Below are positions 1 to 13,044 of a stretch of 64,000 nt of DNA, one piece after another. The first letter of the stretch is position 1. Every line of letters begins with the position of its first letter. Below the pieces are notes generated by a model, which was given only the letters and a program-made list of their open reading frames with translations, searched no databases and was not told the origin of the DNA. Made by a program: the position numbers and the translations under genes. This DNA comes from Camelus ferus (Eukaryota): positions 117,740,001-117,804,000 of the forward strand of contig NC_045696.1 in NCBI RefSeq assembly GCF_009834535.1, in the 5' to 3' direction.

Positions 1-149
1 TTTCCTATATTGTTTAAATTTAGTCAACATGGAACTGAAGTAAGAAGTTTCCTGGTGTTCTTTGCCTACTTACTTCACTTTCTTTGAAAATGGGGTGGGG
101 GATGTCTTCCTATTCTTCCTCCTTTGCTCTGTCCACGCTAATGTCATCT

Positions 150-332
150 TATGCAACAGGGCTCAGATTCCAAAATTCTTGCTTGCTGTGTACCACTGAG
201 CAAGTTCCTTTGCTCAGCTACAAAACAGGGTATAGTAAAAACTAATTTACTGGAGGTTTTGTGAAAAGTAAGATAATATATGTATGGTGTTTCGATAAAT
301 GCCTAGCATTCAGTAAAATCATTATTTTTATT
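150..332 (+). mobile_element. MIR SINE relic
   Basis: Degenerate MIR core and 3' end (ctgagcaagtt...tgtgaaaagtaagataata...cctagcattcagtaaaatcattatt); boundaries approximate. Confidence 0.6.
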
Positions 333-2939
333 CAGTATTGACTGTTTTTTGCATGATAAGTTCTTTTGCTTGTATAACTTCTCTCCTCTTAAAAGTATGT
401 TATGTTTATGTGTGTCTGTGTTCATATCATATTCCACTTTGTCTCACTAAATTATATCACCCAATTAGACAGTCTATTAAGGGCCTTTATGTATAGGATG
501 TAGAGTGTGAAGGTTATCCCTGGCAAATGGAGAGTGTTCCCTAGGGACCACCCTTCTGTATGTTATCATAATACTATTGAACATAACAGTGCCATGAAAT
601 GAATGAGCAGCAATAAATGGTAACCCTAAGGAAAGAATTATCACCATCTATAGCCAAGAAGGACAGAGCAACTCTAGTAAGCTGATGTAAATCGAATACA
701 ATACAATTTTTAACCTATGCATTTGGACTTAAGCAAAAGCCAAGTGGAAAGCATTGCTCCAAAATAGGCTTTCAGAAAAGGGTTCATGAGATTTCGGTAG
801 CTTCCTAAATTTGACCATGGATGCTTATACCTTCTAATTTAGTGGACTTGAAATTCTTGGCTTCCAAGTAGCATGTTGTAAGAAGCTTATTTCTGGACCT
901 TCTCCACATGTAATGTATAAAATTAGCATCCTTCTTTGGCAACTCTTCGTTCAAAGCTCCAAGCAAACCCAACTCATCAGATTGTTATAAGTGAAGACTA
1001 ATTAAATGTCCTTCTGTGAATTTCACTTTAAAGTATTTTTTTGGTACAGGTACCTAGAGGTCAGACTTGAGTGGCATGAGTCAAATAAATGATCAGCACC
1101 ATTACAATTATATCAGGACACATAAGGCTTTAAAAAAATGCAGCAAAAACCCAAATGACTGCTTGGTGAATCACATTAAAGTCACAATATAATTATAATT
1201 GTTGATCTTCAAAGATTCAACCTAAGTGTAAGAAGAAGGAAGTCTGCTTAAGGTTATTTCAGACCCTCACAGTTCTTTCTTTTCTGGAATTGACCAGCTG
1301 TGATGAAAACAGCCAAAACGTCTGCCTTGAACAAGAATAACGAGAAACATCCCCACCATTGCCAAGATGGCTAGAACCCATGCAGGCAGAGAGGCTGACA
1401 CTGTTAGAAAGCATAGAAAACATCCCTGCACGATGGATAAAGAGACATGTCCGAGGCCTCCACTGCCAGGGGCAGGCAGGAGAGCTCTTTGAAGACTGAA
1501 AGACACACAGAAAACCATGCTGTTTTCATTTTTCAAGGAACTGAGAACATTATAGGCAGCAAAATGTGGAACTGGGGAATAGACAAGCAATATAACAAGG
1601 TTTCATTGTATGTCTCCTTTCAGAAGTTTCCCCAAAATAAGAAAATTAAATCATTCTGCAGCATGGCCACATTGGAAAGAAAAAAAAATCTATGGAGCGG
1701 GTGAGGAGGAGAGGTGTGCACAGAGGATGAGTTTGTTTTGTCTTTAGAAATCTATACAGTGTTGGCGCCTTGCTCCAAGGCACTTTGAATTATTAATGGT
1801 ATTTAGTTATTCTTCCCAACAGCCCTGTGGGACAACACCATTTTACAGATAAGGAAATGAAGGTAAGGCAGACTCAAGACATAATACTCATAATACTTCC
1901 ATCTGTTGGCAGGAATTACCAATGCACCCGACATTGAATTAGTGAATTAGAAAATATTATCTCCCTGAATACAGGCCACAGGCACAGGGATAGGCCACCT
2001 GATCCCCATGTTAAAGGCACAGATGGAAGCTCAGAGAAGCAGAGCAATTTCCCCCGAAGGCAAGTTGTGAGGCAACAGCAGATTCAAGATTTGAACCCAA
2101 GCCTGTTGGATTCCAAAGTCTTGCAACTCTTTTAAAAAGTGCTCTAATAAAAAGTCTCCCCTCAATGCACTACATTGTTGATAACGTCCAAGAAGTGCAG
2201 GACAGTGAACAGTCCTGATGGCCCCACAGCAAGAGTGGAGCTATTGCTCTGGTGCGCCCCCTCAGGCTGGAGGACCACACTGCTCTGGGAAACTGGTAGC
2301 TCTGTATTAAGTCACACTCACTACTGGTGGTCCAGCATCAAAGCAAAACCTGGGATGGCCCCAATAGACAGGCTCTCTGTGGCTGCTACCACAGGTGCTG
2401 GAGCCCACGATGTCACCCGGTTCTGTGAGCTTCAGCCTCTGCCCCAGTTGTTGTCCCTGCCGCTACTGTAAATTGGTACCCAAGCCCCCTTGTCTCCTTC
2501 AAGATGTGAGAGAGGACAATGCCCAGCTTACAACATGTGCCAGGCCCCTGGTACTCTTTATAGTCATTCCATCCCCCTTTCTCCCAGGTACAAGCCTGCC
2601 CTTGGAGTGGCTGGGGGACACAGGCTTGAGGACCATTCTCCTGTAACCACTCAACTCAGTCCTGGCTCTTCTTACCCTCATGGGAATTTAGAGTTATCTC
2701 AGAGATCCCCCGGCCTGACTCAGGACCTTGGAGACATTTGTTTCTCTAACCCAATGATTTTCTGAGAAATTCAGTGCCCTGCCACAGTGGTTTTGTTTGT
2801 TTGTTTGTTTTTTCTGCTATTGATTCACTGAAGGAAGAAATGAAGCATCTCCCATCTTTCTCTCAGAGGAGAGACACCAGCAGTACGTTTCTAAAAAACT
2901 GACTTCTTGCTGAGGTGGGTTGGTGATGCAAGGAGTGGT

Positions 2940-3215
2940 TATAGTGCTTCATATTTCAAAGCTAGTAGAGCATTTGAATCTGGACTCCACTGCTGTTCAA
3001 CCTTGTGCAAGTTACTGAACCTCTCTGTGCCTCAGTTTTGTTTTTTGGGTTTTTTTGTTTGTTTTTTTTTTTTTTTTTTTTTTTTTGTCAAATGGAGATG
3101 ATCTCCTAACTTCATGGAATTGTTGTGAGGATTAAATGAAGGCAAACAAGCGAAGGGCTAGAATGGGTTTTGAGCCACAGTAAGTGTTATGTAGTGTCTG
3201 TTCAACAAAATAAAG
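2940..3215 (+). mobile_element. MIR SINE with internal T-rich expansion
   Basis: MIR core 'gcaagttactgaacctctctgtgcctcagttt' ... 'tcaaatggagatga...ttgttgtgaggattaaatga', split by a T-rich run at ~3037-3086. Confidence 0.8.
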
Positions 3216-3382
3216 AGAAGGGTTATCATGGTGTTTCCACTATATTGCCATGGGGGCAGGGATGGGTTGAGGTTGTGCCCCTCAAGGACTAGTAAGGTTA
3301 GCCTGACTCTGGATGATACTAGAGACTAGGAAGGGGAGACAGAAAATTAGGAGTACCATGGGGGACAGAGATGGGATTGCCA

Positions 3383-4160
3383 TGTGTGGTATAATAAGAA
3401 ATACATATTATGTCTTTGTCCTGGGTTCTGGCACACAGCTCCTAAAACCCTTGGAACCTCTGGAAGGTTGAGTGTCATTTGTACAGTGATGAAATGACCA
3501 GTGGCTGAGGATAAGCTGGCCACCCAAAAGACCAAGGCATGATTAGGGGATTGGAACTTTAAACTCCATTGCCGACCTCTGGGGAGGGGAGAGGAGCTGG
3601 AGGTTGAGTTAATTATCGAGGTCCAATGATTTAATCAGGCATTTCCACACAATGAAACCTCCATAAATAACCCTGATGGAGTTTGGGGAGCTTCCAAGTT
3701 AGTGAGCACATCAAGATGCTAGAAGGGCGGTACACCCGGAGAGAGCATGGAGGCTCCCCGCAACGCCCTCACACAGATACCTTGCCCTACACATCTCCTC
3801 CACTTGGCTCTTCTTCAGATGTATCCTTTCTGATAAAACAGTAAAAGTAAGCAAAGTGTTTTTGCAAGTTTTATGAGCTGTTCAAGTACAGTTGTAGAAC
3901 CTGAAGATGGGGTCATGGGAACCCCCTATTTATAGCCAGTTGTTAGAAGTTCAGGTGCAGCCTGGGACTTGCAGCTGGTGTCTGAAATGGGGACAATCTT
4001 GTGGGACTGAGCCCCTAACTTGTAGGGGTCTGCTTGTTTGCCAGGTAGTTTGTGTCAGAATTGAATTGAATGGCACGACACTCAGTTGGCGTCCAGCGAA
4101 TTAGAGAACTGATGGCGTGAGGAAATAACCCACACATGTGGGGTCAGAAGTGTTGAAAAA
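3383..4160 (+). mobile_element. ERVL-type solo LTR, MER21-like
   Basis: Starts tgtgtggtataataagaaata; contains 'ttctggcacacagctcctaaaacccttggaa', 'ggagaggagctggaggttgagtt' and 'cttgtgggactgagccc', typical of MER21-family LTRs (recalled similarity). Confidence 0.7.
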
Positions 4161-5109
4161 GAGTGCGGACCGTGTGAACCACCATAGGACGTTGGCTGTG
4201 TGGTTAACCATGAGGGCTGGGCTTTTAGGCACCATGGCCTTAAAGATTCTAGAGGCTGAGTTTGGTTTGGAGGAAGTGGAGTGACACCAGAAATGGAATT
4301 TTAAACAATCCATGCAGGGCTGAGCAAAAAACTACACGGGAGCCTGAGAACCTAGGTCTTCCTTCATCAATCCCTAAGTAAATCGCTAAGATCTTGTATG
4401 ATTGAAAGAAGCAGAAGAGGGTCCTTGAAATGGAATTGACCCATGTTGGTTTCCTCATCAGTCTTGTCGAGTGGTAGCTAGGTCTGGACTGAATTTAATT
4501 TCCCTCAAACAAACAAAAGAATGTGACCCTTGTTGCTCACAGATCTATCAGTTACATCCATCTTTCCTCTTCTTCTTTAACTCGGCTGCTTTTGCAGGAC
4601 TAGGGACAACTGTGAGGCTTGGATGCTTTTGCCACGTACTGTGGAATTTTATCATGAACCATGGGAAGCAAGAAGCAGACAAGCAGCCCGAGGGACTGTC
4701 ACTGACAGTGAGCTGCTGTTTTCACCCAAACTTGCCTTTCTAGTGATGAGAGAAGCACTGGGAGGGTCATTGCTTTCCTAGCCCCTCTTTGATGACATAA
4801 GACAATTCTCACAAAGAGTAAGGACCTTTAGGGAGGGGTGGACTCCCCTTCTGAGAGGAGCTTTCTGTGGCTTTAAAGCCATGAACTTGGCTTCTGCCAC
4901 ACACATCCAAGATGGTGGCTGCTGGGCGTGAAACTCAGCACCTCTAACCACTCGCTGAGAGACAAGCTCAGAGCCTCCTGCTTTATCCTTCTCCGAGGAA
5001 CTCACTGAAGTTCTCAGAATAGGGGAGGAATCTCCATTTTAGAGTTAAAAGACTGAGGTCTAACTGCTTCAGTTAGCTGACGTAACAGATCTCTGACTCT
5101 CCCCGGGAG

Positions 5110-5305
5110 GGTCTGGTACTGGAAGACCTGGGTTCAAATCCTGAATTGGTCATTTACCAGCTATGAGACCTTGAGCAGGTTGTTTAATTTCTTTGTACCT
5201 CAGTCTCTCCACCTCCCCCCTTATTAAAAAGAGAATAATAATAAACACTTAATTGCTATGAGGATTAAACATACAACGCACTTGTAATTCATCAATAAAA
5301 TACAC
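5110..5305 (+). mobile_element. MIR SINE
   Basis: 'agacctgggttcaaatcctg...gaccttgagcaggttgtttaatttctttgtacctcagt...atgaggattaaa'. Confidence 0.8.
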
Positions 5306-6189
5306 TCGTAATCATTGTGGTATGTGATAAGGACTCCAGTGCTGGCTACCATTCTTTTACTAGTGTTATCATCCTGGAGAGTACCTCATGCAGTCATCTG
5401 CGGTCATGTGGTGATGTATCCCCATGGGATTTTGTGGTCTCTACATTGGACATTCACTGGAATGTCCCAGCTGGAGTTTGGACTCTGTTCACCGCTAGAG
5501 ATCAGAAAAGGCTAGAAGTGCTGAGAGGCACGTGGTGTGGACTCCCAGGGTCTATAGTGTCAGAAGCTAGAAGAGCTTCCTGGGAGATCGGGGAGGAAGC
5601 ATCCGGGACTCACCGTGGGGACAGAGTCTTCAGGTTCACTGCTTGGCTGATCAACAGTGGCCAAGTTGTTGGAAATGATGGGAGAGTGGATTCCAGATAC
5701 CTCAAAGGGACCGAGGCTGCCCTCCCCAACCCCCCTGGTTATTGAATCCTACAAAAATTAGGCACTATGAGAAAAACCAAAAGCACTATTTTCATGGGAA
5801 CCTTGGTTAGACTTTAAGGAATCCTCAAGAACTCCTCATGTAACAGTTTTCCTTTACCCCAGGAACAGAGGGTCCCGATGGATCAGGACCGGTTTAGCTC
5901 AGCCAGGGAGGTCTGGGAAACACCCTTCAGATTCCTAACAGCTGTCTGTAGGGGGATCTGAATGTTTTTAACTGTGGGCAGAAAACGTCATTCCTTTCTT
6001 TTGGTCATGAAGAGAGTCTTAGGGCATGGAGGGGGGTTCACTGAGGACGAAAAGTGAAATTGATGGCGCTCATTCAGGGGTGGGGGGTTAAAGTAAACTG
6101 AACATGTCGCTTGCTCCAGAGCTGGCAGTCCGAATGATTTTTTTCAGAAAGACTGGCCTGGGCTGCCTTCATACTTCAAAATTCTAGTC

Positions 6190-6700
6190 ATAGGGTACAA
6201 AGCTTCAAGTAGGAAAGAGAAAAATATGATTGGAGATCTACTATACAGCATAGTGCCTGTAGCTAATAATAATAATTAATAATTAGTTACTTACAGTTTG
6301 CTAAGAGGGTAGCTCTTTTTTCTAACTAAAAAAATTGGGGGGGGGTAATTTGGTTTATTTATTTATTTTTAATGGAGGTACTGGGGATTGAACCCAGGAC
6401 CTCATGTATGCTAAGCTCCACCACTGAGCTATACCCTGCCCCCTCCACCCCTGAGGGCAGCTCTTATGTTAAGTGTTCTTATCATACAAACAAAAATATT
6501 TACTACAACAACAATAATAATGATAATGATAAAGGAGGTGGGAGGAAAATTGGATTAGGGATGGATCTGTTTATGACCTGGATGGTGGTGATGGCTTCAT
6601 GGGTGTATATAATCCCCAAATCCATTTAAGTATATGTATCAACTATGTACAGCTTTCTACATGTCAAACAGAACTTAATAAAATGATTTTTAAAATAATA
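6190..6700 (+). mobile_element. Old L1 (L1MA/MB-like) 3' UTR end, interrupted by a SINE
   Basis: 'gggtacaaagcttc...ggagatctactatacagcatagtg...ggtggtgatggcttcatgggtgtata...cttaataaaatg'. Confidence 0.7.
6318..6452 (-). mobile_element. tRNA-derived SINE, camelid vic-1-like
   Basis: Reverse strand reads gggtatagctcagtgg (A box) ... ggttcaatccccagtacctcc (B box). TSD gagggYagctctt at 6305-6317 and 6453-6465 (12/13 identical). Confidence 0.85.
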
Positions 6701-6987
6701 AGGTTAAAACAAGTCTTTGGTGGAAGCTTTTCCCTGTCGTGTCCTATGTTTTCTCACGTGGGTATCTTTGCTTCTGGCCCAAGTCCAGGAAGACACCAGG
6801 GTCTTCTGAAGGCAACTGCATGCCGTTTGGTTTTGGTCTGTATCTTAAGGTGGCAGTGATACGCTCTCCTCTGTGTGCACACAAACTTCTACTCTGCTCC
6901 ATCCTTCCCTGTTTTGCCATCCCTTCAGAAGAGGTCAAGTCTCCTTCATAAAGCCCTGTTTTAATGTAGAGACATTTATCTTAAAGA

Positions 6988-7817
6988 TTGAATGGCCATA
7001 ATTTAAAAATCCACAAATGATAAATGCTGGGGAGGGTGTGGAGAAAAGGGAACCCTCCTACACTGTTGGTGGAAATGTAATTTGGTGCAGTCATTATGGA
7101 AAACACTATGGAGATTCCTTAAAAAACTAAAAACTGACTTATATGATCCAACGATCCCACTCCTGGGCTATATATCCAGAGGAAACTCTAATTCGAAAAG
7201 ATACATGCACCCCAATGTTCATAGCAGCACTATTTACAGCAGCCAAGACATAGAAGCAATCTAAACGTCCATTGACAGATGACTGGATAAAGAAGATGTG
7301 ATTTATATATAAACACACACACACAACACACACACACACACACACACAGGAATACTACTCAGTCGTAAAAAAGAATGAAATAATGCCATTTGCAGCAACA
7401 TGGTTGGTAGACCTAGTGATTATCATACGAAGTGAAGTAAGTCAGACAGAGAAAGAGAAATATATGATATCACTTATATGTGGAATCTTTAAAAATGGCA
7501 TAAATGCACTTATTTGCAGAAGAGAAACTGAGTCGCAGACATAGAAAACAAACTATGGTTACCAAAGAGGTGGGGGAGGGATAAATTGGGAGTTTGGGAT
7601 TCACAGATACACACTGCTGTATATATAATAGAGAAGCAACAAGGTCATACTGTAGAGCATAGGGAACTCTATTCACTATCTTGTAATAACCTATATTGAT
7701 AAAGAATATGAAAAAGAACATATGTATGTATCACTGAATCACTGTGCTGTGCACAGAAACTAACATAATATTTTAAGCCAACTGTATTTCAATTAAAAAA
7801 TAAGAAAATAAAAAAAA
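6988..7817 (+). mobile_element. 5'-truncated L1 (ORF2 C-terminus, 3' UTR, A tail)
   Basis: ORF 7082-7264 '[26 protein letters not shown]' is L1 ORF2-like; A-rich tail at ~7794-7817; (CA)n at ~7313-7348. Confidence 0.95.
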
Positions 7818-9039
7818 GAGAGAGAGAATACATTCTATCCCTCCGGAAAGAACGAGGTGAAGGGACAGGTCCTCTTAGAATAAGTGTGGGAAGCTGATGG
7901 GAGACACGAGATGTGGTCCAGCCAGGAGGTCTGGCTTCTGCCGCACTCCGGCCTGTGTCCGCATTGTGACTGGTCGTGGGAACCAGAAACCAAAAGCTGT
8001 GGTCTGCCCAGAATGCAACCATGAACGAAGACAGCAGGAGCTTTGACAAAAGATTAGCTCACACCACCCCTGGAGGAGAGGACCCTCCTAGGGCTCGGGG
8101 TCAGAACGCTTTCACAGGTTATGCTCTAGGGCTTTGGGTTTTGTCGCAGGCATACTCCTTGACTATTTTCTAAAATCCAGTAAAATCTCTTGTTCTGGTG
8201 ACTTACTGATGAATTTCTCCACAGGCCACCTCCCTGGGAGCTTTTGAGAACTTCCATATATCAAAGCTGTTGAATTATACATTCCTTAAATAGAATGCTT
8301 CAATTTATCGTTGAGTGTCTTGACAGTTGCCCTATTTATCTGATATTGCTAATCTAACTTAATCTAGCTGAACCAAAAAAAAAAAAGAAAGAAAGAAAAA
8401 ATAAGGCTGTTGGTGCCACAGAATTCAGGGGAACCCTCTTCACTTTCTGACTACAAAGCTTGCTGCTCAATTGTACAAATATTTGTGGGTTTGGAGAAGG
8501 CGGGGTGCTAATTTGTTGTTTAGTATAAAGCTGGAGAGTTGAGAAGAGTGCTAAGGAAACGGGGCCGAAGTGCGCGTGATGTGCTGAGTTCTCGGGAAAA
8601 GTGAAGTCTTCTGCAGATAGGATTCAACAAGTAGAAGCTTGCAGAAAATCTGAAAGGAAATAGGTAAACAGAACAGGCAACCAGAAAAACAGGCAAGAAC
8701 CCATCCTGGGGGCCCAAAAGCCTTTGTCTCCCTCTGTGTAGAGATGCCTTCATTTGCTAGCTCACTGCCATTTGGTTTTCACTTTAGAAATTGGTTTAGG
8801 GATTATAAGGAGGGGAATGATTTAAGGAGTCATAATGCCTCAGCCAGGAAATTAGAATCCTTAACAATGAGAAACAGTCAAATAATTAGAAATGGCAACG
8901 ATGCCTCTCTTTATGCATCTCTAAAATAGGTGTAGCGTCCCATTAGGAAGAGGAATTAGTTAGTGACTGGAGACCCTCAGGTGAAAGCTTTATTGCTCTG
9001 TCGTCCTGATCTGTCTGAGTTAAGTGTTCTGTGCGCTCA

Positions 9040-9395
9040 GGCAATGCCTCTCTGACTTGAATGTGCACACGGATCCCACGGGGTTCTTGTTAAAATGAGG
9101 GTTCTGATCCGGCAGGATTGGAGTGTGGCTTAGCATCTGCACTTCCGATAAGCTTCCAGGGGGTTCGGTGCTGCTGGACCACATTTGAATCACCAGGGTC
9201 TGAAGTCCGTCTCTCTCTAAGTGGGTGCACATTGGAATCACCTGAAGAGCTTTTAAAACACGCCCGAAAGGCTGTGATTGAATTAGCCTGGGGCATGGCC
9301 CTGGCGCTGGGATATTTTTTTTAAGCCTATGTCCTGGCCCCTCTTCCTCTCCCAACCTGAGTCTCGTGTGCCGCCAAGTGCGAGAACCACCGCGG
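9040..9395. mobile_element. Two adjacent hAT-Charlie MITE relics (MER5-like)
   Basis: 'cttgttaaaatg...atctgcactt...ctgctggaccacatttga', then 'tgcacattggaatcacctgaagagcttttaaaa...gagaaccac'. Confidence 0.7.
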
Positions 9396-9749
9396 TCTAA
9401 GGTGCAGGGTCGGGTCCACTCCAGAAGGCTGCTGAGGGGATTAAATGAGAAAATGCGGCAAGTACTCAGCCCCGCCCCTGCCCGAGTGGTCCTTCAGTGA
9501 ACCCTGACTGTTAGGGGCATCTTTGGCTGTAACAAGGGATACTCGCCCCAGGGTGCAGACACCACCAGCCCATGGAATAGTGGATGTCAAAGTCATGGGC
9601 AGGACAAGGGAAACTGGCACATTTTAGAGGCTGAAGCATATACTGCTCTGTGAGCGGGACAGGAGAGGGAGAAATGGGGCAGCTGTAAAGTCATGTGTCA
9701 CGGCCTCTGAGGATTCTGGGAACCTGAGAAGGGACCTCAAAAGGGGGCT

Positions 9750-10330
9750 CACACTATGGAAAACAGAGTGGCAGTTCCTCAAACAATTAAAAATGAAATT
9801 ACCATATGATTCAGCAATCCTACTGTTGGGTATATACCCTAAAGAATTGGAAACAGGATCCAGAAGAGAGATTCGTACAGGTATGTTCACAGCAGCATTA
9901 TTCAAAAAAAAAACAAAAACAAAAACAAAAAGCTGGTAGCCGAAACGTGGAAACAGCTCATGTGTCCATCAGTGGATGAATGCATAAATAAAATACGGTA
10001 TATACACACAGCAGAATATCATACAACTTTAAAGAGAAAGGAAATTCGGACACATGCTAAACTATGAATAAACCTTGAGGACGTGATGGTCAGTGAAATA
10101 AGCCAGTCACAAAAAAACAAATCCTGTTTGTTCCACTTACCGGAGTACCAAGTGTAGTCAAATTCATCAGAACAGAAAGTAAAACAGTGGTTGCCGGGGG
10201 CTGGTGGAGGAGGATGGGGAAATGTTTGATGAGTATAGAGTTTCATTTTTGCAAGACTGAAAAGAATTCAGGAGCTTAGTTGCACCACAGCGTGAATTAC
10301 TTAACACTACCTGAGCTGTACGCTGCAAAA
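9750..10330 (+). mobile_element. L1 (L1MA/MB-like) 3' fragment
   Basis: 'cactatggaaaacag..ggcagttcctcaaa...ttaccatatgattcagcaatcc' through 'agtgaaataagccagtcacaaaa'. Confidence 0.9.
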
Positions 10331-11189
10331 ATACTTCCATTTATCTTCATTTCAGCTCTGTGAATCCACAAGTACCATCCCATTTTCCTGATTAGGAAAT
10401 TGAGGCTGAGCGAGGTTAAAGTTTTCAAAGAGCAAGAACTGAGATTCAAGCCCAAACGAAACCTGTGCTCTTAACTACCACGCTGTCCTATGCATATAAT
10501 ACACTGTTAGGAAACCATCATTTGTTTTTTAATCCAAAGGCTCGTATTATGCACTGTTTAGAAAATGAGAACTATTTAGAATCTGACGCAGAGAAATAAT
10601 GGTAGCTAAATTATTCAAGTATTTGAAAAGATTGAATACTTTTCCTCAAAAGAAAAGAAAAAAAAAAGTGGATTGAAACAAGAGTGTGTTTAGAAGCACT
10701 CTGAGTACTCTGACCTCATAAAAGTCTGTATGTTGATGTATTATGTTACTGGACATATCTCAGATTAAAAAAAAAAAAAAGCCAGACAATGGCATTTCTT
10801 GGATGGACTGAATGAGCTCTTGGGTTTTGACTTATTTACTTATATTTTTAAATTTATCATACATGTATTATATTTATATTACTTTACAACTAAATGTAAA
10901 CTTGAGGTTATTTTTAATGCTTCATCTAGAAATAAGAAAAGCCACATAAGGTACTAATGGAATGATATGAGGATAAATAAATCTGCACAAATACATGCAC
11001 ACACACACAAGTAAGGGAGCCACTGTAATTCTGGAAGAAAAAAAAAGAAAGAAAAAATGGCAAAGTCCCTATCTTTGAGAACATTCTGAGGGGATACAGC
11101 ATGATTTCATGGAATTATTCAAGAGCAAGACTTTACAAGGTAATATATTGCCTCTGTACTCACCTCTTACAATGTGGTAAAGTTGCTAG

Positions 11190-11380
11190 ATACTTTGCCT
11201 GTCTGATTTCACCTGACCCTCACAGCCACTCCATAAGTGAAATGTTTTGGTCCCCAACATACAGATGAGAAAACTGGCGCCCAGAGAGGCAGAGTGACTT
11301 GCCCATGGTTGCACAGTCAGTTGCAGAGCAAGGAGATAGATCCAGGTCTTTCTGTCTCCTAAACCTACGTGTCTCCAGGA
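11190..11380 (-). mobile_element. MIR SINE
   Basis: Antisense MIR core 'acagatgagaaaactggcgcccagagaggcagagtgacttgccca'. Confidence 0.8.
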
Positions 11381-13044
11381 ACACCATGCCAGAAAAAAGT
11401 TGGGACACACGTCACAGAAGAGTGAGGCCATGTTCAGCAGGCAGTGTAAGTGGGAGCCTGCAAAGAAAGATGTCAGGGACACTGGGATGGTGTTCCTGTG
11501 CACACACCTCACCTTCCACCCTGCTTCCCTTCCCACCTGTGGAACATTCTATATTCCTAGTGGGTGTTGGATGATGGCATTGTAACACAGGCAGTCCCTT
11601 TTACCAATGAGATTTATGAAAGGGTTCAAAGTGTATATATATTTATTCCATATTTTGTATTACTTTATCAGGCTGTTTGCACTCCTAAATGCACCTGAAA
11701 TCTGAGCATTAAGGAATAGAAGTATAGATGGACTGGTCAAGAGAGGGGATAAATTTTAAGCCCACTTAGGGGCAGCCTCAGTGGCAAACTCAGAATCACA
11801 AAGCATTGGGTGTCTAAAACAAGGGGCAAGTTGAGGAGCATATGTGAGCCAAGAGCAACCCTTCAACTTCACCGTTTTTCAAAGTGAGTTTTGAGAAGAC
11901 CCTTGAAGGAAACATTCATAAATAAGAAGAGGGCCAGGGATGACATCAACCCAGATGGACAAGAGACAAGACAGAGTGGACACTAAAGGGGCTGGTTTGA
12001 TTGGAGAAGTTAGATTGGGACCTGTTGGATGAGATGAGATTCATGATCTAGCTAATGAATGAACAGACAGTAAGACTGGAGGTGGCAGTGAGCCCCTGCA
12101 TGTTTCAGACTAGAGAATTGATAGGTCCATGACGACAACAGGGATGTGTTAAAAGGAAGAAGCAAAACAAAAAGTTTCTGTCACAAGTTCAGATACTGAT
12201 GACCTTCAGTGGGGTAGTGAGCACTGAAATAGGGCAAAGGAGACAAACTGGGGGGATATGTCAAAAAGTGAATAGGCAGGATTTGGGGAAGAATTTTGGC
12301 TTTAGGGACTTAAGTTCTCAAACAAATGGGCAAGTTAAAATTTTGGGAAAGGAGATAATGAATTCAAGTCAAGGTTATATAGTAAATATAGATTCATGCT
12401 GGTAATAATTCAACAGAGACACTTTGATTTTAAGATGTCATCATTTAAAAAATTCTTTTACACATTGTAGAATTATTGAATTATGACAGTACCAGTCAAT
12501 ATGCACAGAGCACTTGATGAATTCCCAAACTGTTAAGTATTATTACCTCCCTGAACCATTGGGGTTAGAATTTGAGTCTATGACTTCTGGTACCATCTAG
12601 ATTCCACAGTGATTTTTTCCAAGCTGATTGCTGGCCTTGTCTTCCCAGTGACTGTGGGTGCAAAATGGCCAAATTAATCTGAAAGAAGCATTTCAGCCAT
12701 GGGTGAGAAGGGAGTGTTTGTCTACAAAAATGCCAGCAGCTCTTATCCAGACCTCTTTAAATAACTATACGTTGGCAGCTATTTTTCCCGCAAGCTGAAT
12801 TTTCTGGGAATTGTAACCACCATATGATAGAGGAGGCAGCTCTGTTATCTGCTCTGCCCTTTACTGTTTTGGTATTCTGGCTTTTAAATGATGCAGAACA
12901 CTGGTCAACCCCGAATGTGAATAATGAACTTCTCGGGGGACAAAAGGTCTTGGTTAATGTGGCTAGCAGATAATGAAGTTAGTATTGAAGTGACAGATCA
13001 AATGACTCTGTCCAGGTCAAGCACATGGCGACATACTAGTCGTT

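Noticed and set aside
2250..2272. CTCF-like gcgccccctcagg on the minus strand
   Set aside because: Only the 3' half of the motif matches
6372..6452. tRNA-like A and B boxes (also near 41840 and 48780)
   Set aside because: SINE heads with AT-rich tails and TSDs, not complete tRNA genes
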